A stretch of DNA of 63,603 nucleotides, filler included, from Globobulimina sp. (GCA_003354225.1; 41 parts of 41 records of this genome joined end to end with filler, not necessarily neighbours in it), one strand, 5' to 3'; shown: positions 48,223 through 62,051, counted from the whole stretch's first letter. Translations and numbers: made by a program. Notes: generated from the letters alone by a model not told the origin.

Positions 48223-49628
48223 TTATGATGTTCCGGGCCCTCTACAGGTCAGGATTTCGGGGAGCCCTATGAAATACTCAAAAATACTCAGAAACTCCAG
48301 AAACATATCTTTGCGATCATTGTGTTTCAAGCCTCGCTGAAAAACCTTAATCAAAGACTCCGTGGAACCGTACAATATCTCCAGATTCATCCAAGCGATC
48401 CAAATGTTCAATCTTTCTTTCTCCAAACACAAATCTATGTTTTTTAGGGCGCGTTCGATGATTTGTCTCGCTTTGATCATACTTTTCTTCTTCAGATAGA
48501 ATGCAATGTATTCGATGTAAATGATGGACGAATTGGGGGAGCAAACCAATAATTTCTCAAACTCTTTGGTTGTGTTTGGAGACTTATTGAAACCCTCAGA
48601 TTGCATCAACTCATTCCACTCCACATTCGACTCTCTCATTTCTTGGATTACCTCTATTTTCTCTGCTTTTTGCGGTGTCATTGCAATATCTTCGCATTCC
48701 TCATCGATATCGCTTTCCTCCGCATCTATTTCCATACTTTTTGGCTTTGTATTTGCAGTCAAATCATAATTAATTATCTCTAACGGTTTGATGCCATCCT
48801 CTTCTTCGGACTCATTGTCAGCCATTTCCTTTTGCAATTTTTTGTATTGCCTCATCATACTCACTCCGGTTCGTTTGCGTTTTTCCAGTCTGATTTCTTT
48901 GATTTGCTGTTTGCTAAAATCCGAATGCGATTTATTGATTTGCAATGATTTATATTTCATGCTGAAATACACTTTTTTCCCTTCGATTTTTAAGACCCAA
49001 CACTGGATTTTGTCGCCTTTGATCATCTTTTTTATATTGTCATTCTTCAATAAATCCGAACTAATCTCCGATTTCCGCATTATACCGCTTCTGAAGTCGG
49101 ATCGAGGCACATTTACTAACAATGATTTGTTGTCCAATTGTTTTTGGAAAATGCAGGTTATAAAATCACCCACATCCAATTCCGACAATTTGTACGAATA
49201 AAAATTGAATTTCTTCTCATTTTTATTATGGCTCAAACTCAATTCGACTCTGCGATGTTTAGGCGACGCAGAGAGCACATTGATGTTATTAATAATTGTA
49301 CCAATCGGATATTTGTGGACAGCGTCGTTAAATGACGACACCTTACATTGTTTCAAGGGAATATTGCCTTTAATGTGTCGCGATAACCACACAATTACAC
49401 CCAACGAGGCATCAATCATAGTCACAATGCCTCGCATCAATGATCCGATTGTAATGTCATTATAATTCAAGGCCGGCGACACATAATTTGGATGAAATAA
49501 ATGTTTGATGGATAATTCAACCAAATCATCGTTAATCGCAATGGTGCGCGTTGTCACTATCTCATTTACTTTGAAAATTTTATTTAAATTTATTCGTTGA
49601 AAATCATTTACATTTTTGGCGCAATTCG
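48223..49628 (-). CDS. RRP5: rRNA biogenesis protein RRP5 fragment (S1 repeats plus HAT repeats)
   Basis: S1 units (RRVELSL), then FEKLLVCSPNSSIIYIEYIAF, ARQIIERALKNI...ERLNIWIAWMNLE. Similarity is lost at ~48270. Confidence 0.9.
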
Positions 49629-49728
49629 NNNNNNNNNNNNNNNNNNNNNNNNNNNNNNNNNNNNNNNNNNNNTTAATTAATTAANNNNNNNNNNNNNNNN
49701 NNNNNNNNNNNNNNNNNNNNNNNNNNNN

Positions 49729-51181
49729 TCATCATTAAATACAAAATAAAAATTATAAAAGTCATCTTCATGGGCCATATCATTAAAAGTTAACTCAAAT
49801 TCAAATGTTTCTCTGTCAAATAAACCGAGCGATTGCACCGCTCCATCAACAGATAAATACAATGGTACTGGAAATAATTCATTTTTCTCATCATATAAGT
49901 CATCAAACTGCAATACATCAACAATATCGATATCACTATCATTAAATTTAAATCTCCCAAGGCATGAATATCGTTTTTGTTTGAAGACAAATTGTATATT
50001 TAATGCATGCGTTTCTGTATTAAAATAATATTGTTTTACTTGAGCAGTAATTAAAGGAAATCCTGTTTTAAAAATCCAACTAAAAATCCATGACATATTA
50101 TACGAACCAAATCCATACTCTCTAAATAACTGCATAGTGCATACTGTTCACATTTTTATATTTGTATTTATTGAGTAAATTATTGAGTGCCTTATAATAA
50201 TTCTCATATCCCATATATCTCTCAACCATTTTCAAAATAATATTACTTTTTCGTAAGGGATCACCCCCTGTATTTGCATAATAATTCAACTTTAATCGGA
50301 CTAAAGGTGTACTGTATAATGTGGCATCTTGTAACATATAAATATTATGACTCTCTCGTTTATTACTCCAGAATGCATTAAATCGTTTATCATAATAATC
50401 CAATGCATAAATATCATAATAAGTTGCAAAGCCTTCATTTAAATAGACTTCATCCCACCAATCGTAAGTGATTTTATTTCCAAACCATTGATGATTTAAT
50501 TCATGTCCAATCACAGAAACTGTCCTTCGCAAATCTGACAATGTCGCATTTGTTGCAACAAGGAATGGGAATGCATTCGCATATAAAATCAAACCCCAAT
50601 TTTCCATCGCGCCATAATTAAATTGCATTGCATTTAAAGAGTCTAATTTGGGCAAATTATAAGAGACACCGAATATTGTTTCAAATTCATGCAATAATAT
50701 ATTTGATATATTTAATGAAAACGCGACTGAATTAGTGAGTGGATGGTCATATTGGTAATAAATGCTATGTAACAATGGATCACCATCGCTGTTTGTGATC
50801 GATTCTGTAATATTTTGATAAAAAACAACAGCAAACGCTAATATATAATTGGACATTATTGGTGTATCCATGAATTGCACCAATTTGCATTGTCCAGTAT
50901 CGACTGAATCGAATGGATAATTATAAGCACAATCAAATTCATCTAATAATATTGTATTAATCACCGGCATATTCCCTAAAACTGTCGTATTGAATGGAGC
51001 AATAATATTCATTTTATATACTGCTTTTTTTTCAGGCTCGTCAAATGATGGAAATACTTTTCTTGCCTCAATTGCTTGAAACTGTGTCAAATAATTCTTT
51101 ACTGTGTGATTATTTATTTCATATTCACTTAAATACCAACCTAAAATGGGACTGTTTTTCGTTGTGGTCCCTCCGATGCTG
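49729..51181 (-). pseudogene. M1 zinc aminopeptidase with a frameshift caused by a 7-bp duplication
   Basis: TQFQ..EARKVFPSFDEP, GAMENWG, HELNHQWFGN, NEGFA. TATGCAC-TATGCAG at 50131-50144 shifts the frame before ...SW..TGFP. Confidence 0.8.
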
Positions 51182-51281
51182 NNNNNNNNNNNNNNNNNNN
51201 NNNNNNNNNNNNNNNNNNNNNNNNNTTAATTAATTAANNNNNNNNNNNNNNNNNNNNNNNNNNNNNNNNNNNNNNNNNNNN

Positions 51282-52440
51282 TTTATTAGAACATAGCATT
51301 AATGAAAGAAGCAATATTCAAAATGACAGTATCTCTGAAAATGGCAGTGGTGTTTTGAATGGCACATTGTCTCAAAATGCAGGTTTTTGCGGCTATATTA
51401 AATTGTGGATGAAATGTATACTTTATTTGACCATATTGGTAATGCCTATGTTTGCATACAATTCGTATCATTCGATTCCCAATACATACACAAAAATAGC
51501 ATTTATGAATAACACGACTTTTAAATATTTTGTGTGGTATTTTTTACCGTCAATATTAGCAGTTGCTAAATTCTTCGGTATTCCTTTGATGATCGATGAT
51601 GTGTTGGATTCGTTGAGACAAATTGGAGTCAAACGATATCATAAATTGCGATTGTATGAGAATACAATTGTTTATTTTATCCGATTGATTACAATGATTC
51701 TCATACCAATTGCAGTATTATTGGTTTTTGATGATGGATGTTATCAAAATTGGAAGACGTTGTGGGAATATTGTGATGGTACACATTCTCAATGTGAACA
51801 AATACCGCAATATTTTGATGATTTGCCGTTGCACAAAATATATGTTTGCCATTCAATTTGTGAGAAATCGAAAGCTAATTATCGTTGTATTCGGAATCTG
51901 TTACAAGTGTTGGGTCCATTTTATATTTTTAAAATGAACGTTGCAATGTGGTTTCCTTTGTTGTATTTTTGGAAACAAACAGAATGTGGAAAGAAAATTA
52001 TGTATAAAATGAATGGAATATGTAAGTGTGGTGATGAAATGAAGGATGATTTTAAAGAGAGGGCAGGAGACGGAATTAAAATTGATGTGGAATATATGAG
52101 TTTGGTTTCTTCGCTGGAAATTGTGATTGTGTTTGGATGGGCGATACCAATTTTAATTTTATTGTATGCTGTTACAATATTTGGATATTGGTGTGTTTAT
52201 TCATATTGGTTTCATAAAGCGAGAAAGTTTAGAAATAAATATCAATTAAAGCCAGTGACTAAATGGTTAATATTGTCATTGTTAATGCAGAATATTTTGG
52301 CAATTTGTTTTTATTGGTTCACGCAATCCACGTTTCATGGTTATGCTTGTATAGCGATATTTGTATTCAATTGTTGTTTATTTACATTTTTGCAATCTTC
52401 AAAGAGTTTATTTGTTTTCTGTTGTTGTTGTTTTAAGTAA
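51282..52440 (+). CDS. Multi-pass membrane protein, C-terminal part
   Basis: Long ORF with about 7-8 hydrophobic segments and Cys-rich loops. Confidence 0.65.
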
Positions 52441-52478
52441 TCTACTTTTGATTTGACAAAAACTGTTCAGCAAAAACA

Positions 52479-52734
52479 ATGCCTCTCAATGCTGACCGAC
52501 CAACTGCTGTAATAACAGGTGCCTCCTCAGGTTTTGGTAAAGGTGTTGCGATCGCATTGATTAAAAATGGTTGGAATATCTGTATGATTGCAAGATCATT
52601 GGATAAAATGCAACAAATTGCAGCCAAGTATGGTGATGCAAATAATTGTATTAAAATAATTAAATGTGATGTACTTAATGCACCAGAAATATTTGAAAGT
52701 TGTAAAGAAATAAGATTGTGGTGTAAAGACAATA
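52479..52734 (+). CDS. Short-chain dehydrogenase/reductase, N-terminus
   Basis: AVITGASSGFG Rossmann motif, ARS, CDV. Confidence 0.85.
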
Positions 52735-52834
52735 NNNNNNNNNNNNNNNNNNNNNNNNNNNNNNNNNNNNNNNNNNNNTTAATTAATTAANNNNNNNNNN
52801 NNNNNNNNNNNNNNNNNNNNNNNNNNNNNNNNNN

Positions 52835-53156
52835 CTTTCGGTGCTGACAAATCTTCCTTATCCTCCTCTTCATCGTCGTCATCGTCATCGTCGTCATCGT
52901 CATCATCGTCCTCGTTTTTAGTATCATTGGATTGCGGCAATGCATGCATTTTAATAGAATGTAAGTCCACAACATCGTGGAATTCAATTAAAAGTAATAA
53001 TTCTTCGTCGACATCAGATACGATAAATGAGTCTTTTTTGAACGAATTTTGAAATGGAAATCGTTCTTCGGTCACCGTAGATTCAGCATCACTCATATTT
53101 AATATACGAAACGTATCAATTAAATGCCGTAGATTCATCACAGTGTTGTTGGTCAT
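52835..53156 (-). CDS. PITH-domain protein, N-terminal fragment
   Basis: SDVDEELLLLIEF...VDLHSIK...APK. Confidence 0.7.
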
Positions 53157-53218
53157 GGTCCTATGCTTTTAACTTAAGTCAGATTAAAAATCTTTTTGTT
53201 CAAAGTGATCCAGTCCTC

Positions 53219-54287
53219 ATGATGGCAAATGCAGTGGGAATGAGCATCCAAAAACCATCAACAAATGGCGGGGAATGTGGTTTTAGATTAGCACTGGTGA
53301 CATTGCATAACATCCGCGCAGTATTGGACAACGATCATAGTAGCATACCGCAGTGGTTATTGGATTTCTTGGATAAAAACGGCACCAAAGGTTTTCTAAA
53401 TTGTAAAGATATTTGCGACTCCTTTGGGGTTGCTAAACTTTGTGAATTTTGGTCGACAATATTTAAAGTAGGAATTCCTGCCAATTTCATCCATGTACAG
53501 ACAGACAACGTATTAACTGAACAGAGTCCAAATGCACATATTGATGTGCGAGTAACATCGGATATAAATTATATTCGTACCACTGTAACTGGACAGGCAT
53601 TATTTACTGATGTGTCTTCATTAAATATCCAACATACTGGCAAATATATGCTGTATAACAATCAATATAAAAAATATTTAGGTATTATCCACTGCAAAAC
53701 CTTCCATTCACATTATAAAATATATGCATATATACTTAGATAAAATATTTACTGAGAAACAGAATTTTTGCCATAAATATTATGCTCAACAATGTGATAT
53801 GTTGCAAGATAAGTTAATATCGAATGGAATGAGTAAATATTATGCGAAATATGCATTGAATAATATATTGCATGGATACTTAGATACGGATATGAAATAT
53901 GATGGTGATAATAACGACAATATATCGTTAAATGTATTGATGGATCGAATAGATTTATATCGATTTTTGTCACATAGTAAACTTGCGTTAGTGATAAATA
54001 ATAATTTTGAATGTACAGAGCAAGATGAAAAGTTGCATACTTTTGAAATATTAACAGATAAACACGAGCTGTGGGTATTGGATGATTTAAGGGTACAATG
54101 CGAATATAAAGATTGTGAGTGTGTATTTTCAAGATATAATAGCAAGCATCACTGTAGTGGATGCGGTGAAATCTTTTGTTCGAAACATTGGCGGAAATGT
54201 AAGTTTAAAAGAAATAAAGGATTGGATCATAATGTCAGTGAGCACTATGATGAAAAATGGATTAAAGTCTGTAATGAATGTGAACAG
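53219..54287 (+). CDS. Protein with a C-terminal FYVE-type zinc finger, one intron (~53682-53739)
   Basis: WVLD...C..C...F...KHHCSGCGEIFC...VCNEC. Confidence 0.72.
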
Positions 54288-54701
54288 NNNNNNNNNNNNN
54301 NNNNNNNNNNNNNNNNNNNNNNNNNNNNNNNTTAATTAATTAANNNNNNNNNNNNNNNNNNNNNNNNNNNNNNNNNNNNNNNNNNNNAACAATATGGAGT
54401 TTATGGACATCAGGAAGAGGTCGAAATGATTTTGAGAGAAAATATAAAGTGACAGTTTTTTTTTGATTACGTTTACATAGCTTTGAATTAGACCTTGAAA
54501 ACGGTTTGAAAATGGTCATAAAATGCTTGGAAAAATATTTCTAAATCTGAAAATGCTTGAAAATGATCTGAAAAACGCATTTTCTCATTAGAATTTATCA
54601 GAAACGTTAGTTTTTATTTGAATATTCTCTGTTCCTCCATTTTTGTTTACATTCGTTTACATTTTAGAGCAACCAACTACAAATTAATAAGTTTATTGTC
54701 A

Positions 54702-55586
54702 TTAAAAACCATCAACGTCAAATAGTTTACAATACTGTTCATATGACAGAAATATTGCAGTAGTTTGTGGTCCTAAACGTATATAATTTGGCATCCATCC
54801 TCTAAACAAACTCATTACGCCTTCATTTTTTAGCATTGATGAAGCAAATTTTATTAAATCAATTCTATTGTTTTTATATTGATTCATAACTCTCGTTTTT
54901 ATCACATCCGCCGGTGATGTAACCGTAGTCGATATTATCCCGGCAAACAAACTTGCAAATAAATGCAAAGATATATTCTCATCATCCATATATCCGAAAT
55001 AATATTTGATGCTATGTTTGCTCCACGAATACGGTCCTATTTGCGAAGCTGTCAACAATGAGGATCTTGTCATTGACGGTATTAAACCTCTCCAAAATCG
55101 TAATATTCCTTCATCTCTAAAAATATACTGTATTGCAACAAACATATTTGTATATTTATGAGCATCCGCTTGCATTCTAACTTTAATGGCTTCGAATGGA
55201 TTCCCAATCAATGAGGCTAAACACCCAGACAATAGCGAGGCAATTAATATATTGATTGGTTGTGGAAATATTGTAATATATGAATGCAACGGTTCGTATA
55301 AACCTAATCTAATTCCGCCATAACTCATTGAACGAGCTAATGCTGCACCGATACCACTGTAAAATCCTTTTACTCCGTGGATATTATAGATTTTAGGATA
55401 ATACGACAAAAATCGAGAAAATGAGAATGCTTCTTTCGATGCAGTTGCTTTTGTTTCAATTTGCATCCATACTTTAACCACATCAATCGGATGGGTTATA
55501 ATTGTGGCAGTCGAGACAGAGAATGAACTGATATATAAATGAGTGAAAGTTGAGACATTATCTCGTTTCCTTTTTAAACCCATCAC
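54702..55586 (-). CDS. Mitochondrial carrier (SLC25; UCP/oxoglutarate-malate-like)
   Basis: Three PxDxxK signature repeats (HPIDVVK, NPFEAIKVRMQ, SPADVIKTRVM), plus RLGLYEP and RLGP. Confidence 0.93.
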   Translation of the reverse strand: MMGLKRKRDNVSTFTHLYISSFSVSTATIITHPIDVVKVWMQIETKATASKEAFSFSRFLSYYPKIYNIHGVKGFYSGIGAALARSMSYGGIRLGLYEPLHSYITIFPQPINILIASLLSGCLASLIGNPFEAIKVRMQADAHKYTNMFVAIQYIFRDEGILRFWRGLIPSMTRSSLLTASQIGPYSWSKHSIKYYFGYMDDENISLHLFASLFAGIISTTVTSPADVIKTRVMNQYKNNRIDLIKFASSMLKNEGVMSLFRGWMPNYIRLGPQTTAIFLSYEQYCKLFDVDGF

Positions 55587-56250
55587 AAATTAAGTTTTTT
55601 ACGATTTTTTTTGCATCTATTCTATCACCTGATGGCTTCGACAAACCACACGAGGAATATAGAATTGACAATATTCAAATACTCAACACTATTATACGAT
55701 GCATTTGCAGACAAAAACGTATTGCCATCCACAGCTAAAGGGATAGATATAATGAACATTTGTTTTTATTTATCATATTTCGTAACAGAACCGAATGCAG
55801 CAATCGCCACACACGAATCAAACAATTATTTGCATGCTCTNNNNNNNNNNNNNNNNNNNNNNNNNNNNNNNNNNNNNNNNNNNNTTAATTAATTAANNNN
55901 NNNNNNNNNNNNNNNNNNNNNNNNNNNNNNNNNNNNNNNNAAAGCGTCATTTTGGATTCGTGTAATATTATGTTGCTGTTTGCATTTTTATTTATTCATA
56001 CAATTTATTCAAAAAAAGCACGAAATGATGACCAACCCTAATGCATTGGGCATTGATGGTGTGGAAACGCAAACAATTGAAAAAAATAAATACACGGACT
56101 CTAACATGGATCCATACATAGAAGATGACATAATAATGCCTGATCATCCGGACTTATAAATTTATTCATTTTACGTTTGTCCTTGCACAGAAAACATTTG
56201 ACGTTAAAATAAATGGGATCCGACCACTTTAGTTTAAAAACAAAAATAAA

Positions 56251-57393
56251 TCATTTACATGTATTTTGTTGAATATTCCATGAAATTAACACTTTTTTCC
56301 ATCGTGATTTATTTCGTAATTTACTTTTTACAATGAAGTGCTTTGTCGATTCATTATATATTTTCATTTCGTAACTAGCTAAATCATTTACAAATGAATC
56401 ATTTGGAAATGTTTTGGGTCTGTCAATACTAACTCTACCATATGCAAATGCGAATGACTGTTTTTTGTATTTTATTAAATATGCCATTGTAAAGGTAGTT
56501 GCTCGCGATTTGCCACCGCCACAATGTACTAATACACGATTGACATTGTTTTCTGTCAATGCATTATCAATAAATTCACCACTTTTATCAAAAAAATTAA
56601 TAACTCCTTTATATTTATCAGAATCATCAACTTTAATGTTTAAATATTTTATCTTTTTCGCAATATTCACATCTAATTTGGATTCACTTCCTTTTGTATT
56701 TACAATATGTGTTATTCCTAAGTTCACAATAACTGACCGATTAAATGCATGCGATTCTCCACCAACATATAATCTGTTTTGTGTGTTTGAAATACAATTT
56801 GGATATCTTATTCTATCTGTGTTTGGAATACAATTTGGATTATTATTAACACATAAAAACGGATATACTTTTTTAAATGAATCAAATGGATCAGTTATTA
56901 CACAAAACTGCACAACATTCAATTTCTGTGCCATACCATATAAGTGCTTAATAATGTTATTATTATTATTATCCTTTATGCCATAGATAAATATTCGTTT
57001 TTTTTCATTCTGTATCAATTTATTTATGTCCCCTGAATCTGATATATTTATTGCGCCCATCGCATGCAATCTATTATATTCATCTTTTGATCGTAAATCA
57101 TAAATATGTGCACCGTCAAATTGCAGTGCATTAAATAAAGCTGAAAATGTTTCTTTTTCAATCATCAAATGCATATTCGAACTTGTTTTCTTTTCGTCAT
57201 CATTGTTATTTGTATTATTATTGTATGCTGCATCAATTACCTCCAATCTATGCGTAATAATCCATGGATACCATGCCTTAAACTGTCGTGCTAATCGTTG
57301 AGCACATTCGTGTGAATTATCATTATCATTCGATAAAACACAATCAAAAAATGTACCATTTTCATTCAAAAACCTCCATTCTTTTTCTGCAGT
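56251..57393 (-). CDS. Rhodanese-like domain plus dual-specificity phosphatase (MKP-like)
   Basis: IYDLRSKDEYNRLH..GAIN, then LYVG, GITHIVN and VLVHCGGGKSRA (HCX5R). Confidence 0.88.
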   Translation of the reverse strand, partial: TAEKEWRFLNENGTFFDCVLSNDNDNSHECAQRLARQFKAWYPWIITHRLEVIDAAYNNNTNNNDDEKKTSSNMHLMIEKETFSALFNALQFDGAHIYDLRSKDEYNRLHAMGAINISDSGDINKLIQNEKKRIFIYGIKDNNNNNIIKHLYGMAQKLNVVQFCVITDPFDSFKKVYPFLCVNNNPNCIPNTDRIRYPNCISNTQNRLYVGGESHAFNRSVIVNLGITHIVNTKGSESKLDVNIAKKIKYLNIKVDDSDKYKGVINFFDKSGEFIDNALTENNVNRVLVHCGGGKSRATTFTMAYLIKYKKQSFAFAYGRVSIDRPKTFPNDSFVNDLASYEMKIYNESTKHFIVKSKLRNKSRWKKVLISWNIQQNTCK

Positions 57394-57493
57394 NNNNNNN
57401 NNNNNNNNNNNNNNNNNNNNNNNNNNNNNNNNNNNNNTTAATTAATTAANNNNNNNNNNNNNNNNNNNNNNNNNNNNNNNNNNNNNNNNNNNN

Positions 57494-57877
57494 AAAGAAA
57501 TCAATAAAATTAATAAAAAACAAGAAACAAAGCAGCCAAATGCACAGAAACCAATTCCAAACAAAAAACTTAAGACAAATAAAAAGAAAAAGAAAAAAGC
57601 AGCGATAAAACAGAAAAGAAAAAATACAAAACACACAATTGCAATGCAAGAAATTGAAAAAAAGAGGGAAGAATTTAAAAAATGGATGAAAAGTATTGAA
57701 TTAATTGAGTATTTTGATATTTTTATTGAAAATGGATTAAATAATTTATCAATAATACAGCAAGTATCCATCACTGATTTAGCATTGTTGGGCATTAATA
57801 ATTTAGCACATAAAGTAAAAATTATGCAAAATATTCAAAAATTAAAATACGAACAGCAACAAAAACAAAAAAGATGA
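57494..57877 (+). CDS. SAM-domain-containing protein, C-terminus
   Basis: WMKSIEL.EY.D.F.ENG...DL..LGI..LAH..KI. Confidence 0.75.
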   Translation, partial: KEINKINKKQETKQPNAQKPIPNKKLKTNKKKKKKAAIKQKRKNTKHTIAMQEIEKKREEFKKWMKSIELIEYFDIFIENGLNNLSIIQQVSITDLALLGINNLAHKVKIMQNIQKLKYEQQQKQKR

Positions 57878-58457
57878 GGTTGTTAATTTGGTGTATCTGA
57901 AATCTGAATACGTACTTATTTGAAATCTGAAATACGTGTATCTGAAATCTGAATACTCATACTCATTATATTTTTATGATATTAAATTATATTTTTATTA
58001 TATATATATAGCTTAAATTTACTTTCTTTTTTTTGTTTTTATACAAAGTCAGCATATTATAAATGTATAATTTTTATATATTAGAATTTAGGTCATATAA
58101 TCTAAAAACAAAAAACAAATTGTATACATGTGAAAAAGTTAAAAAGTTAAAAAGTTAAAAGTTCATTGCAAAGTACAGTTTTCAGTAAAAAGACAAACTC
58201 AAAACTACATAAAAAGACTCAAATACCAATCTAGACACATTAAATTACAATTTCTTGCCTCATTTTTACAATCGTAGACACAAACAGTGGAATGAACACA
58301 AAATATTACAATATCAATTTTTATGGCGCCTCGCCTTCTGTTCTTGCGAATTGCTGTCCACTTTACATCCATAAACAAATACAACACTTTACATCCATTG
58401 CTGTCCACTTTACACACACCGTTTGTCATCATATAATGTAACAACTCGGCAGAATCT

Positions 58458-58704
58458 CGGCCATTATGCGCCAAATCCAATGCCTTTTTTGGCACATTTT
58501 CGGCCATTATACGCCAAATCCGATCCCTTTTTGGCACATTTTCGGCCATTATACGCCAAATCCAATCCCTTTTTTGGCACATTTACGGCCATTATACGCC
58601 AAATCCTATTATACGCCTTTTTTGGCGCATTTTCTGCCATTATACGGCAAAACCAATGTCTTTTTTAGCACATTTTCGGCCATTATGCGCCAAAACCGAT
58701 GCCT
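58458..58704 (+). repeat. Minisatellite, about 6 x ~42-bp units
   Basis: CGGCCATTATACGCCAAATCCAATCCCTTTTTGGCACATTTT repeated head-to-tail, with no unique spacers. Confidence 0.9.
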
Positions 58705-59340
58705 TAAACTCTAACAACACGGCAGATTCCTCCATATTCCATACATAAATATCTGGTGCTCTGCACACAGTTATTTTCAACAAATTCATCCATAAATAAA
58801 TAAGGTGCTATGTACACACCGTTTGTCATCATACGACGTAGCAAAATAAGCAAATGCCACAAATTCATCCATAAATTAATTATATGAATAAGGTGCTATG
58901 TACACACCGTCTGTCATCATACGACGTAGCAAATGCTACAAATTCANNNNNNNNNNNNNNNNNNNNNNNNNNNNNNNNNNNNNNNNNNNNTTAATTAATT
59001 AANNNNNNNNNNNNNNNNNNNNNNNNNNNNNNNNNNNNNNNNNNNNTAGTGATGTGCTTACTATTCAATCAAAATCAAATTAAAAAATTGAAAATAAATA
59101 ATATTAAAATTTGACAAAACAATTAATTCATTTTACATTAAAAAACATAATTTAGTTTGTGTATTGCGTTAGGATACAGTGTGTACCTTAACAAATTTAT
59201 TGTTTCTTTTTTATTTATAGGGTCACTTTGTGTTTCTCTATATCTTTTTTGTGTATGCAGATCGGAAAATGGTTTATTTGTTGCTATTCCGGGGTTATCT
59301 ATCCGAATATATCGTTAAAGTAAACTAATAAAACAGTACA

Positions 59341-60499
59341 GTGCACTACTCACCATATATCAATAGGTTTGTTGAAATGTGGAGAACTAAGCAGAGCAAT
59401 AAGCAGATAAGAACACCATTGTTATCTGAACAACATGACATTGTACATTTAAAACTGCCACCAGCTGCAGACAAACATAACAAGCGACATAGAATCAAAC
59501 CATTGGGCTTCGAACCAGATAACAACAAAACTAATAATAACAGTACTTTTGAGATAGATATTTCCCATGCGGTGGATGACAATGATGTTAATCGTGCACG
59601 TGATGTTTTATCTGATTCAGAGTTTATAAATACCCGTCATTTGCATAATACGTACACTGTCACGGATGATTATTATAATTCGGATAATAATACCACTTCG
59701 CCATTAAATGTATGTACATTATGTACATATACCTTCCTCTTATAATATATAATAAAATTAATACATATTTAGAAAAAATATGAAAAAGAAACAGATGCAG
59801 ACTCAAATAAATCAATGCCATTAATTTTAGTACCAAATCAACGATACAAATCAATGTCCAATGCATCGTCCACATTGTTATCACCGCCAAGATATCATAA
59901 AAGAAAAAAAAAGAAGAAAAAAAAGAGAGGATATGAATATCATATCTCTCAGCTGACATTCCAATCATTCCGTAACTATAACAATAATAATAATAATGAT
60001 GCTTCATTAGATAGTGATTATACGTCCATTTATGCAGAAAGTTATGATGACGAAGCCGGATCGCATTATCACGCTCAGTTAAAACGACGGCGTCAAATGA
60101 AAAAGTGTTGTTGCTGTTTTACATGCAAATGTTGTTTGAATGGCCTATGTTTTTGTAAATGCATCAGTTTTTTCAATAAAATATGCACATTTTTACATTA
60201 TTATAAATGGTTCATATTATTATCACTGTTTATGTTATTTATAATATTTTTCAATGTCTATTGTTTCTCGAATGATAGTTTTAAAAATTCTGTAAATAAA
60301 CTTATAAATAATAACATATTTAATAACAGCAGAGTCTCATTTGACTTGTTGTTTTTTTGTCAAATTGTTGCAGTTATCTCTATCATTCTGGTTTTAATTA
60401 ATTTGTATTTATTGTTTATGTTTTATAAAACTGTAAAACAGAATGCATTGTTATTGATATTGACAGCAAAGCATAAAAAACAAATAAGTCGCGGCAGAC
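59341..60499 (+). CDS. Hypothetical membrane protein with a Cys-rich stretch, probably spliced
   Basis: ORFs 59341 and 59815 are separated by a GTATGT...CAG intron-like stretch; two hydrophobic segments follow KKCCCCF. Confidence 0.5.
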
Positions 60500-60673
60500 N
60501 NNNNNNNNNNNNNNNNNNNNNNNNNNNNNNNNNNNNNNNNNNNTTAATTAATTAANNNNNNNNNNNNNNNNNNNNNNNNNNNNNNNNNNNNNNNNNNNNG
60601 CTAATAATAAAAAAAAAAGAAAGAAAAAGAAAAGGAGCAAATTCAGCAAAAAGTATACAAAGTTAAGCATTTT

Positions 60674-62051
60674 TTACGAACATGAAACAACTTGATATGA
60701 ACACATGCCATACGCACATAAAATAGGATAATATGTCAAATCCTTGGTCAACGGAATGGATTTGCCCACTTGTTTATTATTTAAATAAAATTTGACGTAC
60801 CACTTATTCAAATTCATCATCACTTTAATAATATCCCCTTTGGTCCACGCAAAGTCCGATGGCGTATTCCCTTTCTTTTTGAACTTCTTATCGTATGTCA
60901 ACTTATTCTGCGCATCGTACGCATCATGAAAGGCCACGCCGGTCGACGGGTCATTGGCGTACACCGCCCTCGCGCCCAACTGCGAGGAGCCCATATCTGA
61001 AATACCATTCCCGTTCACTTCCAAATCAGTCCACGACGAACAAATTCCAATCTCGTCCGTCAAATCGCCAGTTTTTAACGTCTTTATCTCCCATTCATGC
61101 TTCCCACTATTATAGCCATTCGACGATATGATATACAAACTGTCGGTGAAATAATCCATGGCCACCATCCGCCCATTCTTTGTTATCTTCAATTTGGCGC
61201 TCTCTATCTCTGACAAATACGTATCAAAACATATATTCGTGCCGTGATCGTCCCGCGTTTTCTTCCTTTTCCTCTTACTTTTCTCCACTTTCTCCACCGG
61301 CGCATTGCCAAAGAAGTCATTGTCATCTTTCCCGACATGCTTCTCCTTCCTGTCACTGTCCCAAGATTCGTTTTCGTCAATTTCTCGGTCGATGGTCTGC
61401 GATTTCTTTAATTTTTTCGCATTGGATAAGGTCCGTTTATTTTTAGTTTGCGGCGGCGGTTTGTCCTTATTTTTGCGCCTTTTCATCTTTTCTTTCTCAG
61501 TCTTTTCCTTCTCGTTATCGTCCCACATCGCCTGGTTCCCGCCGGATTTGCTCCGCTTTCTGACAGTGCTCATCTTGGTGCTCACATTGGTGGTGGATTG
61601 CGACAGCATGGAATTTATATTTCGCAGCGGTATCATTGAGGAGCGTTTCTTGGCCGGTTTCGTACGTTTTGTGTCAGGTAATTCGTGAACATATGGCTCA
61701 TTGTCATCGTTATCACTGCCGCTTTTGGCATCGTCTTCGTCGTTGCTGTGCTCCTCTTTAATCTCTGCAGATTCTGAATTGTTGTCATCGACATCTAAAT
61801 TGCCTTCGATTGTGGCTGTGTTGTTATTGTTGTTTATATTTGGATTAAATTGCTGTTGTTGCTGTTGCGCTGACATTGTCATTGTAAGCTGTGAGGATAA
61901 TGCCATATTTACATTTTTTAAATTATTTAAATTTTGTGCCAATGAATTAATTTGGGTCAACAGGTTCATATTATTTTGTTCGGCGATGTTTAATTTTTTC
62001 TGTGCCATATTGGCTAATTTGGATTGTTTGTCTGCATCGCTTTTCAATTCA
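60674..62051 (-). CDS. Coiled-coil plus C-terminal SPRY/B30.2-domain protein
   Basis: GYNSGKHEWEIK, EIGIC, GDIIKV.MNL....KFYLN, YYPIL. Confidence 0.8.

Noticed and set aside
58458..58704. CRISPR-like array
   Set aside because: Units are head-to-tail and similar along their full length, with no unique spacers and no cas genes.
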